Program-made: the position numbers and the translations under genes
IMG/VR virus record: IMGVR_UViG_3300025601_000007
Source: a virus
Taxonomy: Duplodnaviria > Caudoviricetes
Reading direction: 5' to 3' (one strand)
DNA: 64,000 nucleotides
Shown: piece by piece, positions 1 to 8,562 of the stretch
Numbering within the stretch: the stretch's first letter is position 1
Layout: each line of letters starts with the position of its first letter
The notes under the pieces: generated by a model
Seen by the model: the letters and a program-made list of their open reading frames with translations, nothing else
What the model was told of the DNA's origin: nothing
Database searches by the model: none

Positions 1-229
1 CCTCGGACTGAACGTCAACATCTGCGAAATTAACTGTGTTGAATCTAACATTTGGAAAATCTTGAAGTATCACTGTGGAGCTTGAACTGTCAATCTCCGT
101 TCGTTCTATTGCGTACTCTTTGTCTATCTCTAAATAGGATGCGACTCTTTTTTTGTCGCCACTCCAGCCTGAATGGCGGGTCTTTTCTGTGACTTTAACT
201 CGAAAACCTTTTAGAGCCAGGATATTCAT
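1..229 (-). CDS. Small hypothetical phage protein, partial (runs off window start)
   Basis: Manually translated from ATG at 229: MNILALKGFRVKVTEKTRHSGW...LQDFPNVRFNTVNF, open to position 1; absent from the ORF track. Confidence 0.7.
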   Translation of the reverse strand, partial: MNILALKGFRVKVTEKTRHSGWSGDKKRVASYLEIDKEYAIERTEIDSSSSTVILQDFPNVRFNTVNFADVDVQSE

Positions 230-242
230 AACATCTTTTTTT

Positions 243-476
243 TTACCCTTTTGTGAGCATGTGAATAATCACGCACAGTTCATCATCGATAAAAACGTCG
301 TGGTCATACACGGAGATATTCATCGGATTCACTTCTTCTGGGCGCTCGTGCTTTTTATTATGGCACGTGAGAGGCTTGTGGCTATCAACTGTAATTTTAA
401 TTACTTTTTCCACATCAATTATTTGATGTTCCTTAACGTTGTAGCGCGGAGTAAGTGTGAGTGTTGAATAAGGCAT
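243..476 (-). CDS. Hypothetical protein
   Basis: 77-aa ORF co-oriented with neighbours, downstream of a CGTATATTA motif. Confidence 0.6.
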   Translation of the reverse strand: MPYSTLTLTPRYNVKEHQIIDVEKVIKITVDSHKPLTCHNKKHERPEEVNPMNISVYDHDVFIDDELCVIIHMLTKG

Positions 477-489
477 AGGTCAATTTTGT

Positions 490-498
490 TAATATACG
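490..498 (-). promoter_or_regulatory. CGTATATTA promoter-like motif (putative early/middle class)
   Basis: Minus-strand AACTTTT..CGTATATTA upstream of 476; same motif at 12028 and 18893. Confidence 0.5.
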
Positions 499-515
499 TA
501 TGCAAACCAAAAAAG

Positions 516-824
516 TTACGCTTTAACCAGCCCTTTTTGAATCCAAGCGTCCCAAGTCTCTGCGTCTTGACCTTGAATCCCAGGGTTGTCTTGATAGATT
601 TGGTTTTTATAAAAAAATCCAATAAACCTCCTTTGGGTTTTGGTTGTCCTTTTAACTTTAACTTTCATCACAGCGTCGCTGAGGGTCTGGTCTAAATCCA
701 GACCCTCGTCGACTGTGTACTTATGCTCTCTGTAGATTGGCTTCGCGTGAAGCCAAAATTGATAGTTCCACCTGGTGTTACACCAGTAGAATCTTAGTTT
801 TGAATGTTTCCACCATTTTACCAT
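516..824 (-). CDS. Hypothetical protein
   Basis: 102-aa ORF tightly packed in the minus-strand run. Confidence 0.55.
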   Translation of the reverse strand: MVKWWKHSKLRFYWCNTRWNYQFWLHAKPIYREHKYTVDEGLDLDQTLSDAVMKVKVKRTTKTQRRFIGFFYKNQIYQDNPGIQGQDAETWDAWIQKGLVKA

Positions 825-1060
825 TGCAAAAATGTAAGTTCAATCTTGCTAGTGATTATAAGCAACAAAAACACAGACAGGGAAGACAGGGCGCTAAAAA
901 TCATGAAGAACACCAAGTGAAACCTGATTCTCTCAAAAGGAGTGATTTCTCCGAAGCCATCTGTTTTTCTTATTCCATTCCAATCTTTAAAGATGTAATT
1001 GAAACAAAATCCACATGCAGCTAGGAAAAGTATTAAAATGATTTTCAGGACCCACGCCAT
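818..1060 (-). CDS. Small membrane protein (two hydrophobic segments)
   Basis: VLKIILILFLAACGFCF and FHLVFFMIFSALSSLSVFLLLII; start overlaps the upstream stop. Confidence 0.7.
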   Translation of the reverse strand: MAWVLKIILILFLAACGFCFNYIFKDWNGIRKTDGFGEITPFERIRFHLVFFMIFSALSSLSVFLLLIITSKIELTFLQW

Positions 1061-1377
1061 TATTTTCCGTCTTCTTCCTCCGTTCCGTCTGAATTATCTT
1101 CCAGTTCATCTTCTGAGCCGTCTTCATGGGAATGTTGTTCTTGTTCTTGTTTTTGTTGAGCTTTCGCTGTGTCTTCTTGAATTTGAGTCATAAACCTAAC
1201 AGCAACTTCTTGAGAGCGCTCCAGTCGAACAATTTGTTCAATAAAAGCTTTTACTTCTCTAATTGGGTCTCTAGTTAAATCGGAGTTATTCAGAGTTCTG
1301 CTAAGTCTGTCGTAGTGTAAGACTCTCTCAGCTTCACAGTCGTCATATACCTGACGTAGGATTCTGATATTATCCAT
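1060..1377 (-). CDS. Hypothetical protein with acidic C-terminal tail
   Basis: 105 aa, ends EDGSEDELEDNSDGTEEEDGK. Confidence 0.7.
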   Translation of the reverse strand: MDNIRILRQVYDDCEAERVLHYDRLSRTLNNSDLTRDPIREVKAFIEQIVRLERSQEVAVRFMTQIQEDTAKAQQKQEQEQHSHEDGSEDELEDNSDGTEEEDGK

Positions 1378-1927
1378 TCTTCTTGGCTTCTTTAATGGCT
1401 TCCATCGCCTGTACGGTTGCCAGGTCTACAATCTCTGAACTCTGCATCACCTCGTTTGCTCCGAAATAATTGACATTGTTTAAAAACTCACGAACATCTG
1501 TTTGATTCTTTTTAACTTTACGCTGCTGCTGTAAGTCAACTTCAACATTAACTCCACAAAGAAGCTTATCTAGTTGAATCACTTTATGCTTACTGTCAAG
1601 TCCTGCCCACACTGGTGCAAATACGCAAATCACATAGTCGTATCTGTCGTCTACAACTTGTTCGATTTCACTTCGAGCGATAATGTATCCCGCTACAAAC
1701 TTGCCCCCGTCTTTCTTTGGTTTGTTTGAGTAAAGAAACTTAATTCGGCTGATTTCAATGTCTTGGTTGTGGGCACATCTTCTTTTAATGAAAGCTGAAA
1801 TTGCATGCATTTCATCATCTGCATCCATGTAAGGAACTTCGTAAGGAATGTCTGGTGTAATTGCGGTGTTATCTAATTTAGAAAAAACCATGTCTGAAAA
1901 ACTCTGTGTTGACTCTGTTGTGTCCAT
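1370..1927 (-). CDS. Phage metallopeptidase-like protein with degenerate HExxH; probable start ATG 1927 (ORF open to 1975)
   Basis: RIKFLY..KPKKDGGK..AG...YDYVICVFAPVW..L......LDKLLCG resembles the putative phage metallopeptidase family, with DKLLC where xHELxH is expected; a TGATTATATT motif at 1958-1967 lies between the two possible starts. Confidence 0.6.
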   Translation of the reverse strand: MDTTESTQSFSDMVFSKLDNTAITPDIPYEVPYMDADDEMHAISAFIKRRCAHNQDIEISRIKFLYSNKPKKDGGKFVAGYIIARSEIEQVVDDRYDYVICVFAPVWAGLDSKHKVIQLDKLLCGVNVEVDLQQQRKVKKNQTDVREFLNNVNYFGANEVMQSSEIVDLATVQAMEAIKEAKKNG

Positions 1928-1930
1928 GTT

Positions 1931-1954
1931 GTTGTGTTGTGTTGTGTTGTGTTG
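1931..1954. repeat. Pentanucleotide microsatellite (GTTGT) x4 plus a partial unit
   Basis: gttgtgttgtgttgtgttgtgttg read directly. Confidence 0.95.
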
Positions 1955-1989
1955 CACAATATAATCAAACATCAATTCATAACAAAGGA

Positions 1990-4203
1990 CTACCGTTTAT
2001 TAAAGGTTAAGCTTTTAGTTAAAGGACTTAGTGTGGTGTCTGACTTTAAATCGAAAACCAAAAGATTCCCTTCGCTGTCATAACCAGTGTTTTTGTAATG
2101 TGTATCAGTTAACCCAATCTCATCGCACTTATTTTTAAGTTCATAGAAATCTTTTTTATCTATTTTTCCCGTGTTTAATTTTTGAGTTATAACGACATAG
2201 AAATTGCCTATATCTATTGGGTAGTCTCTTAGGTATAAACCATTTCCCTGAGGGTTATTAATTTTGTAAACAGCCATTATTTTAGCCACAAATGGAAGAG
2301 GATTTTGGTGAAAGTAATTACTGGTTTCCGCTTCTATTTTGCTCATTGTGACTTTACACATAAAGCCTTGACCTTCGCTTATCCATCCATCGTTTGTACG
2401 GCGAGTTTTTTTTAGAGTTATGCCTAAACTTGCCTCAATTGATTCAATTAATTCTTCTATGCGAATATTTTCACCTCTATAGTTGCTTAGGCTTTTGCTT
2501 GAAACATTTTCGTCTATGCTTGACCAAAAAGCTTTTGCATCGTCGCTTCTACCTTCTTTTGAAATTTGAAACCCATTGTCAGATGAAATTTTTTGGACAA
2601 CCTTAATTAGCAGGGTATATATCCCTTGTCTTCGGTATTTTTGATTTACTTCAGCTCCTCCTATTCTTAATGTGTTTGATTTAGAGTCAATATTAAAACC
2701 AACTCTCCCAACGGGTGTTAAATTCTCAGTTGAGGCTTTGATAGTTAAAGAACGATGTAAACCTGGTGTCTTAAATATTGAGATTGCTATTGGAGTCCCT
2801 TTTATAGTTGTCGCAATATATCCTATACCATTATATTTATCAATGATATTGTTTTCTTCTTTATATCTTTTCTCAGGAGGAATGTATTTATAATTGTATT
2901 TAGTCTTCAACAAATCGATATACTTCTGATTTTTTTCAGCCTTTGGATTCAAGTCGACAACATCAGTGTACATCTGAATGGCTTCGTCAGACCCAGTTTG
3001 TTCCGACAAGCTCTCAGCCTCGATTATTTTAATCTGCTCAGATTCAAATACAACAATCTCATCACCTGCTATTATCGAATCGTGCCCTTCTTGTTTTATC
3101 GCGTTAGTCCAATCATCTGAATTTTGGCCCAAGTCGGTAAGGTAGTCCATTCTTACGTCTTCTTCGAAGTCGTAAATCAGTTTGGGCTCAATCCCAATCT
3201 CTCGAAGTTCTTCTACTGAGAAATCGTTTACTCCTCTTCCGTATCTGGTGCCCTGAGTTTCTTCGTACCAGTCAGACACAATGTTTAGGTCTAAGCCTGT
3301 TTCTCCTTCGTATGTGTCAGGGTGCTTAGTTTTAAACTCTTCCCACCCACGGCTATGGTCTTTGTTTTTAGTGATAGATGCAAGAAGATTAAAAGCGACA
3401 ATGTCTTTTGTCTTTAATTGCAGAAGCAAGTCTTTAAGGTCAATAGCTACAACTGTTTTTTTTGGGAGATTTAATTTATATTTTTCTCCAATACGCACAA
3501 GGCTGCTTTCGTTGACATAAAAAGGGTTTTTCATATCCAAGCGTACAGAAAGAACTTCACCAGTTCCTCCGAAGAATTCTGAAAAGCTTCTGGCTTTTGA
3601 TTCTGTATCTGTAAAATAAAATCCCTTACCAAAATGGCCATCATTCCCACTGGTGGAGCCTATTTGTGATTTATCAAAAGAAGCAAACTTTCCCTTAGGG
3701 CCTACGCCATGATAATAAATGTTTTGGGTAGTATTTTCTTGAAGATACGACTTAATGTTTCCACTTCTAAAGAAGTCTACATCGAATGGATTAAGGCCTC
3801 TCTCTGGCTCGTGCCAAGGTGCTTTTGTTTTATGAATTTCGTCTTTGGTATCCACACCAACTATTCCTACATACCTTCCAAAAGAGCTAGAGCCTGGGGT
3901 TGGGTCAAAATATTCTTTTTTATCGGCATCATAAACCCACCAGTGTTCAATGGGGAAATCGTTTTCAAAAGCGTATCCCTTTACGGGATACAGATTTTCA
4001 TTAGGCCTGTTGTGAATGTAATGAAAGACATTAGTTTCACACTTATTTGACTTTGATTTATCACACTTGATTGACGTAACCTCTCCAGAGCTAAGGCTAA
4101 TACCATTTTTACTTTTGGATATAGCAACAATGTCTGGATGATTATGATAATCCTCTAAGACTTCTCTGATAAGTTTTCGTATGGAGTTTATTTCTGAAGC
4201 CAT
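1990..4203 (-). CDS. Polyvalent effector protein: transglutaminase/papain-like + ADP-ribosyltransferase + GNAT + kinase-like domains
   Basis: CETN..HWW..DPT (aa 55-102); YYHG..FGKGFYFT..KNP..GHDSII..EIVVF..QIK (aa 161-394); VNQKYRRQGIYT..RSDDAKAFW (aa ~485-562); CKVT..DTHYKN.GY..LVFD (aa ~590-720). Confidence 0.8.
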   Translation of the reverse strand: MASEINSIRKLIREVLEDYHNHPDIVAISKSKNGISLSSGEVTSIKCDKSKSNKCETNVFHYIHNRPNENLYPVKGYAFENDFPIEHWWVYDADKKEYFDPTPGSSSFGRYVGIVGVDTKDEIHKTKAPWHEPERGLNPFDVDFFRSGNIKSYLQENTTQNIYYHGVGPKGKFASFDKSQIGSTSGNDGHFGKGFYFTDTESKARSFSEFFGGTGEVLSVRLDMKNPFYVNESSLVRIGEKYKLNLPKKTVVAIDLKDLLLQLKTKDIVAFNLLASITKNKDHSRGWEEFKTKHPDTYEGETGLDLNIVSDWYEETQGTRYGRGVNDFSVEELREIGIEPKLIYDFEEDVRMDYLTDLGQNSDDWTNAIKQEGHDSIIAGDEIVVFESEQIKIIEAESLSEQTGSDEAIQMYTDVVDLNPKAEKNQKYIDLLKTKYNYKYIPPEKRYKEENNIIDKYNGIGYIATTIKGTPIAISIFKTPGLHRSLTIKASTENLTPVGRVGFNIDSKSNTLRIGGAEVNQKYRRQGIYTLLIKVVQKISSDNGFQISKEGRSDDAKAFWSSIDENVSSKSLSNYRGENIRIEELIESIEASLGITLKKTRRTNDGWISEGQGFMCKVTMSKIEAETSNYFHQNPLPFVAKIMAVYKINNPQGNGLYLRDYPIDIGNFYVVITQKLNTGKIDKKDFYELKNKCDEIGLTDTHYKNTGYDSEGNLLVFDLKSDTTLSPLTKSLTFNKR

Positions 4204-4775
4204 CTTTGATAGTCTTGCTTTGTTGCTTGAACAAGCGCTTTAATGTATTGGTCTTGGTTTAATTTTGCCTGAGTAACTCTATGATTACCATCATAGAGCA
4301 TAAACAAGTCTTGGTCAGAATCGTAATGGACCTCGATGGGTTTCGCATCAAATAAATCAACGCCCTTCTGGAATTCATATTCGTTTCCTTCGTCATCTGA
4401 CCAGCTTCCAGGAGTTGGGTCCAAGCCGTCTATTTTATCCACGGGTATCATCATTAAAAGCCCGTGCTCCAGATGATAATTTCCACCTAGCTTTACCATC
4501 TCAGCCTGAGTAAATACTTGTCGACTGAGAAGTTTGGAGTTGAGATTTGAGGGTGAACGTTTAGCAGGAGCTTGGTCCAAACCAAAGTGCGCCACCAATG
4601 CAGGAATATTAAATGCTAAAAACCGAATAAGGTCATTTTTGGAATCAGGCGAGTACAGACGTTTTTCACCTCTATAAAGATTTAGGTTGTCATCCAATGA
4701 AAAATCAGATAACTCAATCTCTAGAAGCGCTTTTCGTATAGCACGTCGAACCTCATTTACGGTGCCTTGAGCCAT
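4188..4775 (-). CDS. ParB/Sulfiredoxin-like domain protein with N-terminal VRRAIRKALLE tag
   Basis: C-terminal KPIEVH....LFMLYDGNHRVTQAKL...IKALV. Confidence 0.75.
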   Translation of the reverse strand: MAQGTVNEVRRAIRKALLEIELSDFSLDDNLNLYRGEKRLYSPDSKNDLIRFLAFNIPALVAHFGLDQAPAKRSPSNLNSKLLSRQVFTQAEMVKLGGNYHLEHGLLMMIPVDKIDGLDPTPGSWSDDEGNEYEFQKGVDLFDAKPIEVHYDSDQDLFMLYDGNHRVTQAKLNQDQYIKALVQATKQDYQRWLQK

Positions 4776-4785
4776 TAAGCCTTAG

Positions 4786-6561
4786 TTAAGAGTTTAAATT
4801 GTCTTTTTCACTTATTTTTTTATCGTACTGCTCTTCAGAGATGATGTTAGACAATAATTGTCGTCTCAGTTGTTTGTCTGGAAATCTTACGAAGTCAACT
4901 TTTTCTTCAACTTGAGCATCTTCAGAGAGGAGGTTTTCCATTCTCTCTTCAAACTGCTCCTCTGTAATTATCTTTGACAAGAGCTGCAATCTTAGCGTTT
5001 CTTGAATATTCTTCTTTTTGTTCATTATTTTTTTGTTTTGTGTTGCGTTCTTTGCCTTAGTCCAAACCGAGTGGTTTCTTGAGTTATTGGTTTTCATCAT
5101 GGTTGCTGACATTGAGCCCATACCATCGTTCATCCCATATCCACCACCACCAACTCTTCGCATATGCTCTTTAGTTCGCATGTTACTGTCGTGAGTTCCA
5201 GCCAAAGCTCTATCTACCCACATTTTAGCGGCATTACCGCCATGTAAATCCCACTCTGGACTTCCAGCTTGATTGTTGTCAAAGAATGCTTTTAGACGCT
5301 TCATTTGAGCATGCGTTTGAATTCCTCCGTCCGCAAGGTCTTGGGCTTTTCTTACTCCACTACCCTCGTTACCTCCATTAGCAGTTTGGCCGCCACTAGA
5401 GATAGCGCGACGAACAGTGCTTTTTACGTTTTCTGGCGGAGAAAAAGACTTATTATTATTGAAGCCAAAACGCTCCAGCAAAGCTTCTCTGATGAAATTA
5501 CGAATTTCACCAATACTTCTATCATGAAGGTCAAACGCCTTTAGTTTACCATTTTTATCGTAGCCCATATTTTCTGGACGCATATCAGAGGCTTCAATGC
5601 CTAATGCGCGAAATGCTCTATTGATATCATCTAGTTGGTCTGCGAATTCTTTCACATCGTCTGGGGCGTCTGTTTCGTCCCAGTCCATTGAGTGTGTATA
5701 CTGAATAGGCAACCCTTGCTCTTCCATGTAGCTGCTGACTTGATAGTAGTAATCCTCTATTTCAGAGTCAATTTCTAACTCCTCCATTAAAATCCACTTT
5801 TCTCCTTCAACAAGCTCGGCAGCATAAATATCTGCAAACACTTTAAATACAGGAGAGGTGTCTCCGATAAGCCGCTTAGCTATATCAAACTCGCTTACAG
5901 CCGTTGTTTTTTTTAAAACTCGGTCTCCATTGACATAATATGCCTCACCAAAATCTCCCTTACCCGCCCAACTGATTGAGTCGGGGTCGATGTTGTTTTT
6001 TGCATAAAAATCCTGTTGAGTCATACTGTACTCTGTTGTATTTTCGGTTAAAGACATAACTTGGTCATAGGTTTCTAATTTTACGAGCTTAGGTTTCGCT
6101 GAATGCTTTAATGCTATTTCATTTTCCCAAAACTGCGTGCTTCTCTCCCATAAAGAAACTGCCGTGTCAATGTCATCACTGCTAATCTTTGCAGTTAGCC
6201 GATAGAGAATATCTCCTCTTAATTTTACCTCCCTAGGGCTAATGTGTGTAAGCATGTCCCAAAATGCACGCTCTTCATGCTGTTTAGGATTTGAGTACCA
6301 GCTGATTCCTAAATTGGTTTCATTTAACTTCTCCCCTGGCTTCATTGCAATAAGGCGATAAATTAATGGATTTGAGGGGGTGTCACCAAACCCATGAGGC
6401 CAAAGGCTTTTTATAGACTGATGAAAATCTTCAACAGCACATTCTTTTGCCTCATCCAAAGAATTAGCCTCATCCCAACACCCGCTAGATTCGTAAACCC
6501 CAGTCAAACCCCACTCTGCTACTTCAAGTAGTTCATCATATGATAAGTTCTCGAATCTCAT
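4786..6561 (-). CDS. Polyvalent protein: R-S-E-type ART-like domain + protein-kinase-like domain + phage head-associated PPxxV domain + duplicated C-terminal motif
   Basis: IYR(69)..GIS(87)W..ENE(146-148); GKGDFG, VLKK, DMRPEN, AFD; SPPENV..GSGVRKAQDLADG..KRLKAFF..W.LHGG; LRxQLLSxIIxEEQ twice. Confidence 0.75.
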   Translation of the reverse strand: MRFENLSYDELLEVAEWGLTGVYESSGCWDEANSLDEAKECAVEDFHQSIKSLWPHGFGDTPSNPLIYRLIAMKPGEKLNETNLGISWYSNPKQHEERAFWDMLTHISPREVKLRGDILYRLTAKISSDDIDTAVSLWERSTQFWENEIALKHSAKPKLVKLETYDQVMSLTENTTEYSMTQQDFYAKNNIDPDSISWAGKGDFGEAYYVNGDRVLKKTTAVSEFDIAKRLIGDTSPVFKVFADIYAAELVEGEKWILMEELEIDSEIEDYYYQVSSYMEEQGLPIQYTHSMDWDETDAPDDVKEFADQLDDINRAFRALGIEASDMRPENMGYDKNGKLKAFDLHDRSIGEIRNFIREALLERFGFNNNKSFSPPENVKSTVRRAISSGGQTANGGNEGSGVRKAQDLADGGIQTHAQMKRLKAFFDNNQAGSPEWDLHGGNAAKMWVDRALAGTHDSNMRTKEHMRRVGGGGYGMNDGMGSMSATMMKTNNSRNHSVWTKAKNATQNKKIMNKKKNIQETLRLQLLSKIITEEQFEERMENLLSEDAQVEEKVDFVRFPDKQLRRQLLSNIISEEQYDKKISEKDNLNS

Positions 6562-6565
6562 TTAA

Positions 6566-7264
6566 TTACTCAATGCCTTTTTTCAAAAGCTTGTTTAATG
6601 TTTCTTTAATTGCAATTGGAAGCTGTGCAGGGTTTCCAAGCGTTTTTAGATGCCAGTTTATTTCATCATAAAAACCCATGTTATTAATAGGGGCACCAGA
6701 TGCTAATGTCCTTTTAATCGCGAGGTCTAATGCTTCTGCTGGTTTAATTGAGGTAGCAACTGAATTAGAACCTCCGTGCTTCTGCTCGTAATCGTCCACA
6801 AGAGAATTCACACTACGTCCACGGTGCATGCCTACAGATGCAGGAGTCGAGTATTGTGATTCATCTATTTTAGCTCTATTCTCTGACCCAGGGTCATGAA
6901 CAGCACATTTCTTCATTTTTTCGTACTCCTCTCTAAGTCTTTGCTCTGCGAGAGTTTCTGTTCTTTCTTTTTTTTTCATATTGCTTTCGTTAAACCCATA
7001 ACTCAATCCTTCGCTTGATGGGACTTCCTCAAATACCCACTCTACCCAATCCTTGCTAGGGCGGTTCCAACTTTCATTGCTTGTAATAAGATTATTTACG
7101 TACTCTTCAAATTTCTTTCTATGCTCAGGAGTGAGTAAAATGTATTCTCCCTCTGGCCATAGTCCTGCGCCTGTTCTGACTCCTTTTGTAAAGTTATTTG
7201 TAAACTCTTTAACTAATGCAAACTGTTTGGTTAGTCTGTTATAGACGATGTCTTTGGTTACCAT
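6566..7264 (-). CDS. Hypothetical protein, probable virion/head-associated
   Basis: 232 aa; contains FNE/IDE motifs and RTETLAEQRLREEY. Confidence 0.65.
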   Translation of the reverse strand: MVTKDIVYNRLTKQFALVKEFTNNFTKGVRTGAGLWPEGEYILLTPEHRKKFEEYVNNLITSNESWNRPSKDWVEWVFEEVPSSEGLSYGFNESNMKKKERTETLAEQRLREEYEKMKKCAVHDPGSENRAKIDESQYSTPASVGMHRGRSVNSLVDDYEQKHGGSNSVATSIKPAEALDLAIKRTLASGAPINNMGFYDEINWHLKTLGNPAQLPIAIKETLNKLLKKGIE

Positions 7265-7725
7265 GTCACCATCCCTATGCCCATGCTTCCTGAATAGTGT
7301 CTAATCGATTTAGGGATTGAGGACTGATACACCTTGTCAAGGTCCCAGGTGGATGTTCCTATCATTGAGTTTGTGGTGTTAGGCGGTTGGTCATCATCTC
7401 CCATTAGGTTCCCATCGTCATCAATAACCTCTTCTAATTCGCCTTCTTGTTCGGAAGATGTTTTCAAAAAATCTTTAATGAATTTTTTGTAAGGAGGTTT
7501 GCTTTCGCCTTCTAGAGAGCTAAACCACTCTTTAAACTTCGCAAACGAAGTAACTATAGAGGCTTTGGTTCCAAAGTTGGTTGAAAAATCAATACGGATG
7601 TAATCATCATCTTTGTCAAATGCTACATGTTCTACACCTCCAACAGTATCTTCAGATATGTGGTTGTAGCCATTGTCCCATTCAGACATAGATTCCAGCA
7701 AGAATTTTTTGATAGATTTTCCCAT
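7258..7725 (-). CDS. Hypothetical protein, probable virion/head-associated
   Basis: 155 aa, first gene after a CTATTTAC motif; N-terminus IKKFLLE. Confidence 0.7.
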   Translation of the reverse strand: MGKSIKKFLLESMSEWDNGYNHISEDTVGGVEHVAFDKDDDYIRIDFSTNFGTKASIVTSFAKFKEWFSSLEGESKPPYKKFIKDFLKTSSEQEGELEEVIDDDGNLMGDDDQPPNTTNSMIGTSTWDLDKVYQSSIPKSIRHYSGSMGIGMVTW

Positions 7726-7743
7726 GTATAAAGCGCTTTATAG

Positions 7744-7750
7744 TAAATAG
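7744..7750 (-). promoter_or_regulatory. Putative late-promoter motif CTATTTA
   Basis: TAAATAG on plus strand, about 20 nt upstream of start 7725. Confidence 0.6.
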
Positions 7751-7784
7751 GGCGAATTAGATGAAACCAAACAGCTGTACTGGC

Positions 7785-7919
7785 GTAACAAATCTCGCAC
7801 TTGTAATCCGCATGCTTGTATGACTTTCTTCTTATCTTGTCCCACTTAGCTTTCGACACTTCGCTCCTAACGTTGGTAAACCAAGCAGTGGATGGAACGA
7901 GTTCAATCGTCAGTTTCAT
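7785..7919 (-). pseudogene. Truncated HNH endonuclease (N-terminal half only)
   Basis: MKLTIELVPSTAWFTNVRSEVSKAKWDKIRRKSYKHADYKCEIC, then loses similarity; no downstream HE(I)W or CxxCH motifs. Confidence 0.65.
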
Positions 7920-8142
7920 CTTTGAGGTCTCCAAACTGTTTTCTGAGGATGATGAGTTGCTGCTTGAGGGTGAATCCTTCTTCAACACCTTTGTCAAGGC
8001 TTTTCTCAAGCTCATCATATGTTATACCACTTTTAGTGAATATTGTTCTTCGAAATTGCTCCCAATCTTTTTTATCCATCGAACCCTCTCGGAAGAGGTC
8101 GGATAAGAGTGCTTCTATTTGGGCTTCGTATTTTCGAGTCAT
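7903..8142 (-). CDS. Hypothetical protein
   Basis: 79-aa ORF overlapping the HNH remnant start. Confidence 0.65.
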   Translation of the reverse strand: MTRKYEAQIEALLSDLFREGSMDKKDWEQFRRTIFTKSGITYDELEKSLDKGVEEGFTLKQQLIILRKQFGDLKDETDD

Positions 8143-8163
8143 TCTAATCAGAGACTTAAATGT

Positions 8164-8526
8164 TCATGTGTTTATCCATTTTTTAATCAACTCAGGCTTT
8201 ATTGAGTATCCAGTGTAATTCCCATCACTTTTCTCCATTCGCTTCAAAGGCGGCAGGTAATCTCCCTCTGGAGTTCTAACCACCACTCTACTTGCTCCAT
8301 CAAAAAACTGATGGAGCAAAACTCCTCCATCAGGAAAAATGGTTACGGATTTTAACTCGCGGTAAATCTCACCATCGTCTTCATGATTGCGATAGACTTT
8401 TTTCAGAGTGTTGTCTGTGAAATGGTAAGCGTACTTTATTTCCCCACACTTGTATTCAATGTATTCATAGAGATTTCCTTGTCTATCATACTTGAACACA
8501 CAGTCTTTTTCAGATATTCCCTGCAT
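8164..8526 (-). CDS. Hypothetical protein
   Basis: 120-aa co-oriented ORF. Confidence 0.65.
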   Translation of the reverse strand: MQGISEKDCVFKYDRQGNLYEYIEYKCGEIKYAYHFTDNTLKKVYRNHEDDGEIYRELKSVTIFPDGGVLLHQFFDGASRVVVRTPEGDYLPPLKRMEKSDGNYTGYSIKPELIKKWINT

Positions 8527-8562
8527 GCTTCTCTGATTTAAACCAAAAAAAACTTGAATTAA

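Noticed and set aside
236-244. A9 run (minus strand) after ORF 243-476 as a third frameshift
   Set aside because: The upstream ORF already ends at TAA at the run's edge and the next gene has its own ATG at 229
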